From assembly GCA_034226945.1 (NCBI GenBank), contig CP120460.1, positions 496,001 through 560,000 of the forward strand: 64,000 bases of DNA, written 5' to 3'. This stretch comes from Picochlorum sp. SENEW3 (lineage: Eukaryota). How positions within the stretch are numbered: position 1 is the stretch's first letter; each line of letters starts with the position of its first letter. Made by a program: the position numbers and the translations under genes. Positions 35,745 through 46,182 of this stretch are shown in pieces. The notes below the pieces were generated by a model that did not search any database, was not told the DNA's origin, and saw nothing but the letters and a program-made list of their open reading frames with translations.

Positions 35745-37331
35745 TTAGATACTATCAATTGGTACATCTTCTTCTTCTCTAGTCTCCAGATTTTTCACTC
35801 GAACAAGTCCCTTCTCCCACTCGTCTGGAGCAACCAACACGAGTCGAGATGCGCCACAACGCTCAGCCTGCTTGAAAGCCCACTTCATCTTCTTTCCTGA
35901 ATCCAAGACAAGATCCACAGTCTTATTGTTGGCTCTCAACTTTGAAGCAATACTACACGCAGCTGGATACAGCTCTTTATCCATCGCGATGACGAGGTCA
36001 TCAACAGAATGACTCGGTGTTGGCAACAAGCCCTTGTCAGACAAGAGCTCCATAATCACTGCATCACCAAACCCAAACCCAACACACGGCTGATCCTCGC
36101 CTCCAAACGTCCCGAGAAGCTTATCATATCTCCCTCCTCCACAAATTGCACGCAATTTGCCCTCTCTATCAAAACCTTCAAACACCACTCCTGTATAATA
36201 TGCCAATCCACGAACCACGCTGGCATCAAACACCAGGTACTCATCATACCCATAGGCTGCCGCAAGATCAAACAATCGCTTGAGATCCTTCACAGCATCA
36301 TTATCCTCTCCTATTAAACTCTCTAAATCACCTACATCTTTCACATTCAATGCGGAGAGAATCTTCTCGGCAGTATCATTCGAGAGCCCCAACTGCAACA
36401 AACCATCAACCACCTTTTCCCTTGGTAATTTATCCAATTTATCCACCAAGATACACACAGGACCAAACGTTTCACTATCTAAACCACAGGACTCTAACAC
36501 TTGCTGCAATACTTTTCTACTAGACACTTTAATCCCCACATCAGCAGATGTCAAGCCAACACCTTTGAAGAATTGGGTGATGGCAGCCAACAATTCTGCC
36601 TCTGCCTCAACTCCCTCAACCCCAATAATGTCCATATTCCACTGATAATGCTCCCGCCTCCTACCCCGTGTCGCACGCTCATATCTCCAGCATTGCCCAA
36701 TCGCGTACCATTTCGCAGGCAATGCCAACCCCTTGCCCTTTTGCAAAGCCAACCGAGCCAATGATGGTGTCAGTTCTGGGCGCAAACTCACCCGTCTCCC
36801 ACCTTTATCTTCAAAATTATACAACTGATCCGTAATCTCCTCACCAGCCTTACGAACAAAGAGTTCTTCACTCTCCAGAACAGGAAAATCTATATGCTCA
36901 AATCCAAATCCTGTGGCTACACGATCAAACTCCCCAAACAGCCATTTTTGCATCCTCTTCTCCTCTGGGGGAAAATCGCGAGTCCCCCTCGGAGGATTTG
37001 TATCAATCATCTGTTTATGCTTCTTCCCCTTGCCACCTCCAATAGAACTGCTTCCCGCCTTGCGATCCGTCGACGTGGGAGAATCTGTGGCAGCACAGAC
37101 GACCCTGCTCGACTGGGACACCAATGTACGTCTCGATAACCCGATTGATCGATTTCCACGACGATCAAAATGCCTATAATGCACTCGGGAGTATGAATGC
37201 TGCATTGACAAGCAACCATTCGTGGCTGTGGACCACAGTCGATAGCAGTGGGTGGTGGGAACACCTTTGGCGAAGAGTCGGTTCATCATGCCACTTTTAG
37301 ATGTCATTTGCGCCTTTCCTGATACATTCAT
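35745..37331 (-). CDS. Histidyl-tRNA synthetase, organellar; start uncertain
   Basis: PPRGTRDF, LRPELTPS, RYER...GRRREHYQ, VRGLAYYTG and GGGRYD. Confidence 0.93.
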   Translation of the reverse strand: MNVSGKAQMTSKSGMMNRLFAKGVPTTHCYRLWSTATNGCLSMQHSYSRVHYRHFDRRGNRSIGLSRRTLVSQSSRVVCAATDSPTSTDRKAGSSSIGGGKGKKHKQMIDTNPPRGTRDFPPEEKRMQKWLFGEFDRVATGFGFEHIDFPVLESEELFVRKAGEEITDQLYNFEDKGGRRVSLRPELTPSLARLALQKGKGLALPAKWYAIGQCWRYERATRGRRREHYQWNMDIIGVEGVEAEAELLAAITQFFKGVGLTSADVGIKVSSRKVLQQVLESCGLDSETFGPVCILVDKLDKLPREKVVDGLLQLGLSNDTAEKILSALNVKDVGDLESLIGEDNDAVKDLKRLFDLAAAYGYDEYLVFDASVVRGLAYYTGVVFEGFDREGKLRAICGGGRYDKLLGTFGGEDQPCVGFGFGDAVIMELLSDKGLLPTPSHSVDDLVIAMDKELYPAACSIASKLRANNKTVDLVLDSGKKMKWAFKQAERCGASRLVLVAPDEWEKGLVRVKNLETREEEDVPIDSI

Positions 37332-37647
37332 TTCAGTATTCGACAACTTTTTGGGTTACAGTGGGTTGAAATGTGCATGAATTTGAGGCCAGACTACTGG
37401 GGCCAAGTTCCTTGGATTGGTATCCCATCAAATAGATTCTTGGATGGGAAGATGAGTATTTTCAAGACGACATCCCTGGGCATGAGGATTTTAATTGCAG
37501 ATACCCCTCGCTTGTCGGTAATTGTATTAATTTTATAGTAAGACTTACTATATTTAGATGACCATCTGCGAATGATTGGGTATAGATAGAAATCTGGTTG
37601 CAAGGTGGTTGGGTACTGAGCAACCAACAGACGACCCTTCTCTCGCG

Positions 37648-38907
37648 ATGGAAGGTATTGTCCACCTTCGAGAGCTGGTTCAGAGTTCACAACGTGATAA
37701 AAAATGCTCCGATTCATGTGGCTGTGACGTTATGGTATGCTCGAGTGGGTTTTTGCACTCGAGCAGGGAGGATGTGAAGGATCTCTGTGGCATCCATGGA
37801 ATTACGTATTCTGGAAATTTGGATGCGACGAAGACGACACATCTGTTGATTCCTTTGACAAAGAGAGACCTAAGATTGTGTCAAGAGTATGCCGATGTTG
37901 TTTTGAAGACTGACAAGGTGATGAAATGTTGGGAGAAGGGCATCCCAGTGGTGTGTCTTGATTGGTTGTTTGAGCGTGTGGGTGATGTCTGTGGGCGTTG
38001 TCGAGTGTACAATGGAAGGGCTGGTTTTGAAAATAAAGGAGTAGAAGAGTATATGTGGACGCCTACGGGGGAGGCGAGTTGCTCTACACCGAAAATGTTG
38101 GGCTTTTCTAATGATCATGTCTCTCCATCTCAAGAGCCACAGTGTACGGGGTTGATTGCTTCTCTGGATGATGAATCCAGCGAATATGAAAGGACTCCTG
38201 ATATTAATTCGTTAGATAGTGATTTGCTACGAAATTTTGCCAAGGTTAGAGTTACGCCGAACAGTGAGAGTAGTATGGTGGAGCACCAGGTTGCTTCAGA
38301 GTTTACGTTTGCACAGGTTTTGCATGAGGAGGATTCGTTCGAGTTTGAGCATCAGTATGAAGACGATCTTTCTAAACAAATTAAAGATGACAGCAGTCCT
38401 TCTGCTACAAATGAGATGGCGAACAGTGTTCGACTTCAAGACGCGTTCATCCCAGGAGACTTGGTTGGAAGAGCACCAAAAGGCAATGCTGTGAGGAAGC
38501 GCCATGGTATTCAGTCGCGAGCTCCAGGTCTGATCCAGTTTACATATTCCATGGTCTTTAAAAATTTGAATCATATGACAATAGACGCAAAGGCGAAGAA
38601 TATAGCGGTCAGGGTGAAACGCACTGAAGTAGTGAATACAGATGATGGCACCATGCTGGTAAAACCACTGCATTTTTATCGGATTCTGGGGCAAGACTGG
38701 ATGCTGGAGTATAGGCCATTCAAGGTTGATGAAAATGGTACGTATGAGATAAGTCTGCAAACGGAGATTGATTCGTGCCCTGTGGCCTTCATTTCTGGCA
38801 AAGTGTTGACCAGCAAGACACAAAAGAGTCGTGGTCCACCAATGAAGCCATTACCTCTGGTCTCGGCAACACATGGGCACCCTCCATACTTTTATCGAAA
38901 TGAATAA
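37648..38907 (+). CDS. BRCT-domain protein with a possible degenerate BAH-like C-terminus
   Basis: BRCT-like VCSSGF...TTHLL...IPVVCLDWLFE; C-terminal EISLQTEIDSCPVAFISGKV. Confidence 0.6.
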   Translation: MEGIVHLRELVQSSQRDKKCSDSCGCDVMVCSSGFLHSSREDVKDLCGIHGITYSGNLDATKTTHLLIPLTKRDLRLCQEYADVVLKTDKVMKCWEKGIPVVCLDWLFERVGDVCGRCRVYNGRAGFENKGVEEYMWTPTGEASCSTPKMLGFSNDHVSPSQEPQCTGLIASLDDESSEYERTPDINSLDSDLLRNFAKVRVTPNSESSMVEHQVASEFTFAQVLHEEDSFEFEHQYEDDLSKQIKDDSSPSATNEMANSVRLQDAFIPGDLVGRAPKGNAVRKRHGIQSRAPGLIQFTYSMVFKNLNHMTIDAKAKNIAVRVKRTEVVNTDDGTMLVKPLHFYRILGQDWMLEYRPFKVDENGTYEISLQTEIDSCPVAFISGKVLTSKTQKSRGPPMKPLPLVSATHGHPPYFYRNE

Positions 38908-39106
38908 CACAACCAGTGCCTACTTACTTTTAAAAAGTGCAAATGATAATTATTATTATGATACTGTTGTCGCATATAGCAATGTAAAAACACAATGACT
39001 GAAAAGATGATGGATAGCAATTCGAATTCTTCAGACTGATGAAAAAGATCCTTCATCTAGATGCGAGGTTTATCAAATATAAAGAAAAGACTTCAAAGTA
39101 TTATTA

Positions 39107-41053
39107 CTATTTTGATGAGAGAATGTTCTCCAAATCCTTGACAGATGTACCTGTTTTGATAAAGGATGGACGAACATAGGCAGGAATTTGTCTTGCATCT
39201 GCATCTGGACCATTATTTTGTGGACAAGGACTGTCTCCACATGCTCCACCATAATTTTCAATATACCAGGACCCAGGGAATCTACCAACCATATCAAACT
39301 CATCTCCAATATCGTCCAAGAACCCTTGAATTTCGATTGTAAGGAATGTCAAGTATTCGTCAGTCACAGCATGGCCAGCCCATCTCATCACAACCCAGCG
39401 GTAAAAGTCAGACACAAGGTTTCCAAGATATACCTGCGATGTGTTCAGGTCATGTCATAAATCACATGTCCTTTACGTGGTTTAAAAAAAACAGAGAAAA
39501 AAAGAACGTACCAAATTTCTTACAGGAGCTGTATTGTCAAGCTCTCCTTGAATTCCCATGACTGGGTTCTTTATTTTTCTGAATCCTTCAATTCCCCCAT
39601 TGTTGATAAACTGATCCAATGCAATTCTTTGGTAGAATGTCGTATTACTGTTTCCGGTCCAGCTCATCAGGTTTTTGTATACTTGTTGTCCATCAAGTTT
39701 ATAGCATAGCCACTGCGCAATGGCACAGCCTCCCTCTTGATAATCAATTGGATAATACACTTTGGTTTGATCTACATTCGACTGGGCAGTCGCCAAAAGG
39801 TATGCTGATCTCTCATCTGTATTCAAGACAACGTTAGACACAGCGATAATCTTTCCAATGCTATCTCCGTACAAGACACCCATTTGCAGTGCTACGATGG
39901 ATCCCATGGACCGCCCCATGACTGCTGTATTAGAATTATTTAATCCCAAATGCTCCAACAGCTGATAGGCACTGTTGGCCATGAAATCAATAGAATACTG
40001 GGGCAGAGGATTGGAAGACGAATTATACAAGAAACTTCCTAGACCCTTCGTCCTTGATGGTGGCCGGCCTTGGCCGGGATAGTCCATGATGATCATCCTG
40101 TTATGAACAGCCAATCCCTGCAGCAAAATTGGGCTCCAGGATCTCATCAAAGACCCGAGCCCAGGAAGCAAGATCATAGCCTTTCCAGATTCTTTATTTC
40201 CAAAATCAAAATACTGGATCGAGATGCGATCCCCCTCAAACCTCTGTATAGGTCCCAAAAAGTTTGCAGTGGTGTCCATGCCAAGACTCTCTTCATATGT
40301 CGTCACATCCTGGTACATACCGGCAGCACACCCGACATATTTGTACACATCGTCACCAAATCGTTGCAATGCTACTGGAGTGTCAATTGGCAACACGGGG
40401 ATGTCCAACAACAGAGATCGATCGCCAGACTCAACTGCAACAGCAGCAAAGATGAGGTAAACACAACAACGTACCACCCACGCCACTGCGGTGGACGATG
40501 TCCAGGCACCACGAATACATATACCGTAGTGACCAAAATTACGAGTCGATCTTTAAGTGTCCCGCCGGTCAGCCTTCAGATACATTAGTCGATGCTCAGA
40601 CTGACCAGGAGGGCACCAGATTTTCGTCTTAGATCCATCTGTTGGCCACCACATGGCCCAGCACCAAGCATCCATGCGAGGCGGTCAATGCTGGGAAGGA
40701 TGGTGCATGGCATGGCCCCATCCACGAGGCCATTCTGGTGGGCACGAAATGAAAGAGGAGTTGAAAATAGAGCGATTGGCGGTGTCCCCGAGAGCAGATT
40801 TGCCCTGGATGACGAGTCATCGGCAAATGAAGTTTGTCCAATACTATTAGTAGTCGATACAGAGATTCCAACCGGACAAGCCGACCCATAATTTTGGTCA
40901 CTATGGGTAGTTATCACATTACAAACACGTACCCATAGGCTCATCATCAGAATTCTCGTCGTAGTCATTGGCTGCTCTAACGACGGCAAGTCCCGAGGAG
41001 AGGACAAGGGTCGTCAAGACATAATATCGCAGAATTGTACGCAACTTGGCCAT
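39107..41053 (-). CDS. Secreted alpha/beta-hydrolase, 3 exons
   Basis: Exons 41053-40933 (signal peptide), 40434-39512 and 39433-39107. Nucleophile motif GRSMG, acid region GELD, His motif AGHA. Confidence 0.8.
40524..40907. mobile_element. Putative non-autonomous Tc1/mariner-type MITE inside intron 1 of the hydrolase
   Basis: 25-bp terminal inverted repeats at 40524-40548 and 40882-40906 with 3 mismatches, flanked by TA at 40522-40523 and 40908-40909. No transposase ORF. Confidence 0.7.
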
Positions 41054-41609
41054 CTTTCCTTCAAAAGTGACGTAAAATTCATTTACATTTGATAAAGAAT
41101 GGTTCTTTACGTTTTCAGAAACGGCAGATTCAAACACGTAGCGTGATCAGATTCGAAGGAGGCTTCTCAGGGTTACAAGGGTGGCGCCCAAAATGCGATT
41201 CCCGAACTACTTTGGACAACTAAGAAGGCGCCTTCACGTTGCCGTTGGGAATGCGATGACAAACAAACAAGTTGATTTTGCCCACGTATGCTCTAAGATA
41301 GTACAAAAAATAGTCCATATTCATCTATATCTGACTTAGACAGGAAAGTTGGCTCGTTGCGCCGAGCGTGAGGACGAACAAACGACCAACCAACGAACGG
41401 GCATTGTCACGCACTTGCCCAGTGGTATATGACACTGCAGTGCCCTTCTAATTCATAATTTGACTCTTAAGTATTGATTAAATGGTTGTATCTGTGGATA
41501 AAGAGAATACAGGGTATTCTCGTCTGTCACAGACAGGTGTGAGAAAATCGGTACGTGGATATCGAGTCTCTTCTGCTATTTCAGCACTCTGTTTACACTG
41601 AAGAGTATC

Positions 41610-44600
41610 ATGCAGTATTCTGAGACATTAGAAAAGCGTAGAGCTTTGACCAAAGCGAATAATGGGGCAAGGCATGGTAGCGATGCTGGGAAAGGTAGAA
41701 CTCCAGGAGTCTCTTCAACTCTGTACTCTGGGGGTGGGTATTCAAAGCATGCGTCAGTTCCTACAGAGTATGTACCAACGAGTGTGGATATTGCCACGAA
41801 TCATTTGCAACAGCAGCTGGAGGCATATGATGAGAGATTGAATGCTCTTCGGAATCAACTTCGGTCGTCTGTAGATGAAAAGTTGAGACATGGTGCGGGC
41901 GAGAAGAAGGAGAAGGCTGCACAACCATCTATCGTTCAAGGTTTGGTGACGGCGAGCGGTCAAGGTGCCAAAGAATTGATTAAAGAGAGCGAAAAGAATC
42001 GAAAGAATTTAAGTGGGTGTGTGTGGAAGACTCGTCCTTTCAAGAGCTCCTCTGTGAAGAGTTCTTGTACGCTCAAGTTAAACTGGAAGCGCTCTAATAA
42101 CGTTACTATCCGTATTACATTTGCTGAGGGAGATTGTGTTCCTGCCGGGCTGCTATTTGAGCATGCTCCCAAAGCTACTGCAGCGTTTAAAGCCCTTGGA
42201 AAAGTCTCACTGCAGAAAAAGTCCCTCAAGCAGCTGAAACACGTGTTTCATCTGGGACAAGATGTTCTTGTCGACAGGTTTTTGCGGATCAGCTGCATGG
42301 GGCATATATCTGATGTGAAAACCCAAAAGTACCATGCAGTTTCATACTTGTTGATAAGTGGGGAGCAAGCCCATGGGGATTCTCCAAATGTTTGTGACGA
42401 TGAGTCCTTCAGCTCTGAGAATGTTGACATGGATGAAGCAGTCGAATTCAGGGTGAGTAATGAAGGGAAACTCGAGGAGACTGTGGCTTCATCAGTTTCA
42501 AGAGTGAAGCAAGGCCGTAGAGCAACAGGACTCAATCATGGTACTCCTAGAAATGTATGGGAGCGTTTGAGTATGACAAAGTCAAAGAACCCTGATCATT
42601 CTACAAAAGAAGTACAGGTACGTTTCTCATGTGTGTTGCAAGGCATGTCTCTGTATCTCAATGGGGTGATGTTTTGGTTGCAGGTTGCAAGCAGTGTTAG
42701 AGTCCCTTCTCGGCACCGTTCTGTTCTGAATGAAAATAGGGTCAATGATATTACCCAAATATTCAGTGAACTGGATGTTACTGGCATGGAGTTGGCCGAT
42801 ATGATTAAGAATGTAGCTCTAGGAAATGACATGAGTGTTATGCAGTCATTTGATGAGGCTCATGTTGACAAGATTCTTTCATGCCTTCCGACTCTTGAGG
42901 AGCGTCAAAAGCTGCAGTCCGTTCGTCACTTTGGGGGATCAAATGAAGCTGAAGAGTTTATGCTTGAACTGTTGAATATCGAAAACGTGCACGGCAAATT
43001 AGAGGCGTGCTGCTTCCTTGCCGATTTGGATATGAGATGCATTGTTGCCCAGGATGCGGCTAATGGTTTATCGCGCGCATGTCAAGAAATTCAAAAGTCA
43101 GCAAAACTGCAATTAGCTATCAAAATCATACTCAACGAGTGTGAAGCATTAGGGAAGAGTCCCAGAGCATTGGACATCAATGTGTTGGGCAAACTCAAGA
43201 GTATGCCATACAGTCCCAAGGGATCTATGATTCATTTTGTCGCAGCTCGCATATCAGAAGCATCTGGATCCGTCAAAGTTCCCAACATTGCCAAAGATAT
43301 GCCATCTTGTGCGTCCGCCAGCCAGGTTGCTCTGTCTGACATCAAGTTTGAGCTGAAGCAGTTGAGGGATGGTTTGGACGAAGCTGATGGAGCATGGCGG
43401 CGAGACGAACCAGGATATGCGTGTGTTGAAAGGAAAATTGACTCGGCAATCAAGAGATTCTCTTCTACCGAAGCAATCGTCGCGGAGACGGAGGCTGAAT
43501 TCTTTGGTAGCATGTTGGATGCCGGAATTGACCCTTCTACAGTTCAACAGTCTCCAGATCTTTTCTTGGCCATCATCGACTTTTCAGATGAGCTGAACAA
43601 TGCGCATCTAGAAAATGTACGTGTAGGATTCCTCACAAAATCCAAGTGCCAGGAAGAAAAATTGACGCCACAGAAGAAGCATGAACAAGAGCTTTCACAC
43701 ATCTCAAGTGCTGGCAAGGACCGTGTACAGGCAACATCGCGAATATCTGTTGAGGAACTCATATTGTCAAGCAAAAAGAGCAAAGCTCCGATCGACGATG
43801 CCATAGAGGTGGAAGAAGAAGAGAAAGAAGGACAAAGCGACGAATGCAGCGGGGAAAGCAGTGCTCCTGTTTCTGGTGATGAATTGTCCACCCCAGTGAG
43901 AAAACTTTTGCAGTCATCCAGGGCATTGATCAATAGTATCGACCTACGCTCGCCAATCCCAAGCTCAAAGGTCAATCCAAAGGAAGAAAAAGAAGATGAC
44001 ATACCCGAGGAAGACGATCAAATATGTGAAATGAGTTCTCCTCAATCGCAGAAATGCACTATTGAGGAAATTGCCACCCCAGAAGACGATGTAGTCGCCA
44101 TTGAAGAAACATCAGCTTCACATGAGGACAACAAAGACATTGAACCAAAGGAAGAGTCGCTTGGGCAAGAAGACGGTGCCGCTGAAATACGTGAGAAAGA
44201 GGCAGATGAAATGGATGGACAGGAATCACAGAAGGAAGACGAGGATGCTGATACAGCAGAGCCTGCTCCAGCCATCTCTGAGCCCAACGAAGTTGTAGAT
44301 ACAGAACAAAAGGTGGACGAAAGCGCTGCCAAGGCAGACATATCGTCTGTCATTGATGTTGGGCTGGCAGCTCAACTCTTGGCCAATGCAGATAGAGTAC
44401 GAAAGGCCAGAGAGCAGTCTCAATCGGCTGCATCAAGTCCACTAAAAGAGCCAACTTCAAAGTCTGATTCACAAGAAAGGGAAAAAGTAGTTGCAAGCAA
44501 GAGTGTTGTGTCCCTAAAGAAGCAAGCAGAGACACTGTCTCTGACACCCGAGCAGACAAGAGCAGTCAAAGCATTGGGTGAAGTCATCAGAAAAAGCCTT

Positions 44601-45467
44601 CCGAAATTCTCATCTCTAGAAGCAGATAAACAATCTGGACTTCATATTGATACAAACAACCTTGACTTGGATAAGATTTTATCAGCAATCATCGCCAACT
44701 CTGGAAATACACCCACTGGTCCATTAGCCAGAGGTGTCCGTGGTGGAAACACGCAAATTTTCGATGATCACGCCGCCAAGGAACTTCGAGCAAAAGAAAA
44801 TGAAAAATATAGAAACATGGAGAGAAATGAGAACAGGAAAGCGCTCCTAGAGCCAATTATTCCAGCACCTTTGGGCATGGGAGTAACAGTCTCACAAACA
44901 GTCTCACATGGAATATCGCCACAGACAATTGCTCGATCCCTTCAGTCAAATATGCGCTCCAACTCAACATCACATACAAACAGTGCTAAAAGTACGGGAG
45001 ACACTGTACAGCAGCAGAGTCTGGATAACAAGACAGGGCCAAAACACTCGTCTATTAAACTATCGGTCAAAGATAGTATTGGCTGGCAACAATCTCATAC
45101 CCAGAACACCAACTCAGGGCACAAATATTACGAAGCACCAAAGTGGAAGGATAGCGAAGTGCGTGAGAGTAAATCCTCTCGGCAAAAGCAGACCACCAAA
45201 CCAGTGTTCATGGCAGGCCCATCTCATGCCTTGTCACCCCAAATCCATCCTTGCTCCAATCCAGACATTATACCGGAAGAGGATGCTGATGCCTACTGGG
45301 AAGCGTCGCTTCCAAAAGGACAAAATGAAGAGCCTGGTGAACAGTGCGATATTGATAGCCTTGGACCAACAGGATTGCGTTTAAGCCGGGATGATGCGCT
45401 GCAAAGTTCAAAAGAGAATGCAGCCTTGGCAGCTGAAAGGATGCAAATGTGGGGTTTCAAGATGTAA
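41610..45467 (+). CDS. Large protein with a degenerate formin FH2-like domain and a long acidic disordered C-terminus
   Basis: Probable in-frame intron at 42618-42683. FH2-like LPTLEE, EAEEFMLEL, ACQEIQKSAKLQ and LGKLKSM...SMIHFV. Start uncertain. Confidence 0.6.
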   Translation: MQYSETLEKRRALTKANNGARHGSDAGKGRTPGVSSTLYSGGGYSKHASVPTEYVPTSVDIATNHLQQQLEAYDERLNALRNQLRSSVDEKLRHGAGEKKEKAAQPSIVQGLVTASGQGAKELIKESEKNRKNLSGCVWKTRPFKSSSVKSSCTLKLNWKRSNNVTIRITFAEGDCVPAGLLFEHAPKATAAFKALGKVSLQKKSLKQLKHVFHLGQDVLVDRFLRISCMGHISDVKTQKYHAVSYLLISGEQAHGDSPNVCDDESFSSENVDMDEAVEFRVSNEGKLEETVASSVSRVKQGRRATGLNHGTPRNVWERLSMTKSKNPDHSTKEVQVRFSCVLQGMSLYLNGVMFWLQVASSVRVPSRHRSVLNENRVNDITQIFSELDVTGMELADMIKNVALGNDMSVMQSFDEAHVDKILSCLPTLEERQKLQSVRHFGGSNEAEEFMLELLNIENVHGKLEACCFLADLDMRCIVAQDAANGLSRACQEIQKSAKLQLAIKIILNECEALGKSPRALDINVLGKLKSMPYSPKGSMIHFVAARISEASGSVKVPNIAKDMPSCASASQVALSDIKFELKQLRDGLDEADGAWRRDEPGYACVERKIDSAIKRFSSTEAIVAETEAEFFGSMLDAGIDPSTVQQSPDLFLAIIDFSDELNNAHLENVRVGFLTKSKCQEEKLTPQKKHEQELSHISSAGKDRVQATSRISVEELILSSKKSKAPIDDAIEVEEEEKEGQSDECSGESSAPVSGDELSTPVRKLLQSSRALINSIDLRSPIPSSKVNPKEEKEDDIPEEDDQICEMSSPQSQKCTIEEIATPEDDVVAIEETSASHEDNKDIEPKEESLGQEDGAAEIREKEADEMDGQESQKEDEDADTAEPAPAISEPNEVVDTEQKVDESAAKADISSVIDVGLAAQLLANADRVRKAREQSQSAASSPLKEPTSKSDSQEREKVVASKSVVSLKKQAETLSLTPEQTRAVKALGEVIRKSLPKFSSLEADKQSGLHIDTNNLDLDKILSAIIANSGNTPTGPLARGVRGGNTQIFDDHAAKELRAKENEKYRNMERNENRKALLEPIIPAPLGMGVTVSQTVSHGISPQTIARSLQSNMRSNSTSHTNSAKSTGDTVQQQSLDNKTGPKHSSIKLSVKDSIGWQQSHTQNTNSGHKYYEAPKWKDSEVRESKSSRQKQTTKPVFMAGPSHALSPQIHPCSNPDIIPEEDADAYWEASLPKGQNEEPGEQCDIDSLGPTGLRLSRDDALQSSKENAALAAERMQMWGFKM

Positions 45468-45521
45468 ATGATCAAATGACTGACTGATGTAACACATAAT
45501 ACCTGAAAAGTGTTGTTTGAG

Positions 45522-45912
45522 ATGAATCGACTCATAATTCGAGCAATTTCGTCCGCAAAGTCGAGTATGAGTCCTGGGCCCATTCAGCAATCAATTGAAA
45601 CGCAAGTACTTGTCTGAACAATAATCGGCAAAATGCTCAACACATGACGATATATTTGTATTTTGCAGAAAAATTCACAACGCATTGAAGCCATCTGCCC
45701 TCACGATACAGAACGACTCGGCAAAACACGCTGGGCACGCTGGAAACCCAAGTAAAGACCCAAATGCCGAGACACATTTCAACGTGTCCATAGAATCGAG
45801 TGCATTCGCTGGCAAGAGTTTAGTCCAACAGCACCGCATGGTGTACGATCTACTGTCGGAAGAATTTGATCAAGGCTTGCATGCTTTAGCTTTGAAAACC
45901 AAGGCTCCGTAG
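45522..45912 (+). CDS. BolA-like protein (BolA1 type) with a GC-AG intron
   Basis: Exons 45522-45601 and 45669-45912. NDSAKHAGH, ETHF, F.GKSLVQQHRMVY and LHAL. Confidence 0.88.
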
Positions 45913-46182
45913 CTCAGTGACAATTCATGTTCAGAATTGATGACGAATGGATACAAAGACGTGCCTGTAAACAATATGCATAGATTGACATTCTTACAAA
46001 ATAAATGCTCTTTCATTGCCTAAAGACGAACTTGACGTCTGATTGGAAACAAAAAAATGTGCATGCATTTTTGGCAGATGTGAAAACCGGAAGAGTAGAC
46101 TCTGCACACGTGCACAGTCATGGAGGGAAAATCTGGTTGCCATGTACCACATGCATTCTGTCCTACACAACTGCGAGAAAAT

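Noticed and set aside
39482..40486. GTG-started hydrolase ORF with an apparent signal peptide MAWVVRCC...
   Set aside because: The hydrophobic start is the translated 3' end of an intron (…TTGCAG). The ATG exon at 41053-40933 joins in phase instead.
40585..41007. Short ORFs within the MITE-like region as a transposase or separate gene
   Set aside because: No DDE or HTH motifs, no recognisable family, and they are largely intronic.
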